This document shows positions 63,898 through 64,000 of a DNA stretch of 64,000 bases, one piece after another (the stretch's first letter is position 1; every line of letters begins with the position of its first letter). The notes under the pieces are model-generated. The model did no database searches and was not told the origin of the DNA. It saw only the letters and a program-made list of their open reading frames with translations. Source of the stretch: a virus. Lineage: Duplodnaviria > Heunggongvirae > Uroviricota > Caudoviricetes. The stretch is from IMG/VR virus record IMGVR_UViG_2595698887_000001; one strand, written 5' to 3'. The position numbers and the translations under genes are program-made.

Positions 63898-64000
63898 ATG
63901 GCAACTTCTGGTGTAGCTGGTCTGCTTTATGCAACTAAACTCATCGACCTCGGTACTGGACAATCAATCAGCGTTGCTGATATTATCTCCGGATCTGGTG
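63898..64000 (+). CDS. hypothetical protein (5' partial, runs off window)
   Basis: AAGGAGAAATAAAAT then ATG. MATSGVAGLLYATKLIDLG... Confidence 0.4.
   Translation, partial: MATSGVAGLLYATKLIDLGTGQSISVADIISGSG

Noticed and set aside
1-64000. Prophage or mobile-element boundaries (att sites, transposase)
   Set aside because: No integrase, transposase or flanking direct repeats were seen. The gene content reads as a contiguous virulent-phage genome segment.

Overview
This 64-kb window reads as a contiguous segment of a large virulent tailed phage (myovirus-like) with a Felix O1-like character. The evidence for that is about 27 clustered tRNA genes, an NAD+ salvage pair Prs/NadV, NrdAB, a ThyX-like thymidylate synthase, a CCA-adding enzyme, DNA and RNA ligases, and free-standing HNH endonucleases. 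Positions 1 to about 40,823 are a dense minus-strand block of early and DNA-metabolism genes. It is punctuated by UUCG-tetraloop intrinsic terminators and one small plus-strand island at 3.3-3.9 kb. An AT-rich divergent promoter region at 40.8-41.1 kb carries two 20-bp direct repeats. Everything to the right is plus-strand: an HTH protein, Prs, an unknown ORF, NadV, small proteins, a roughly 6.4-kb tRNA/small-RNA cluster interleaved with strongly expressed small ORFs, then a nucleotidyltransferase-like gene, spanins, the large terminase subunit, portal, scaffold, major capsid, and a 585-aa collagen-repeat fibre protein.

Features worth a second look:
- A GHKL-type ATPase.
- Two different Pol-beta-superfamily nucleotidyltransferases in addition to the CCA enzyme.
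- A PTH2-like peptidyl-tRNA hydrolase.
- A tRNA/RNA-repair kit split into separate genes (P-loop kinase, RNA ligase, metallophosphoesterase).
- A NADAR (ADP-ribose-processing) protein.
- A DprA/SLOG-like protein next to PhoH.
- A ClpP-like protease far from the head module.
- A lipoprotein SPFH/band-7 gene coupled to a ribbon-helix-helix gene.
- Three LamG/ConA-like paralogs.
- A conserved promoter consensus.
- Several aberrant tRNA-like elements.

Coordinates for RNA genes, promoters and terminators were derived by hand and may be off by 1-2 nt. CDS coordinates follow the supplied ORF frames, with starts re-chosen by RBS context.
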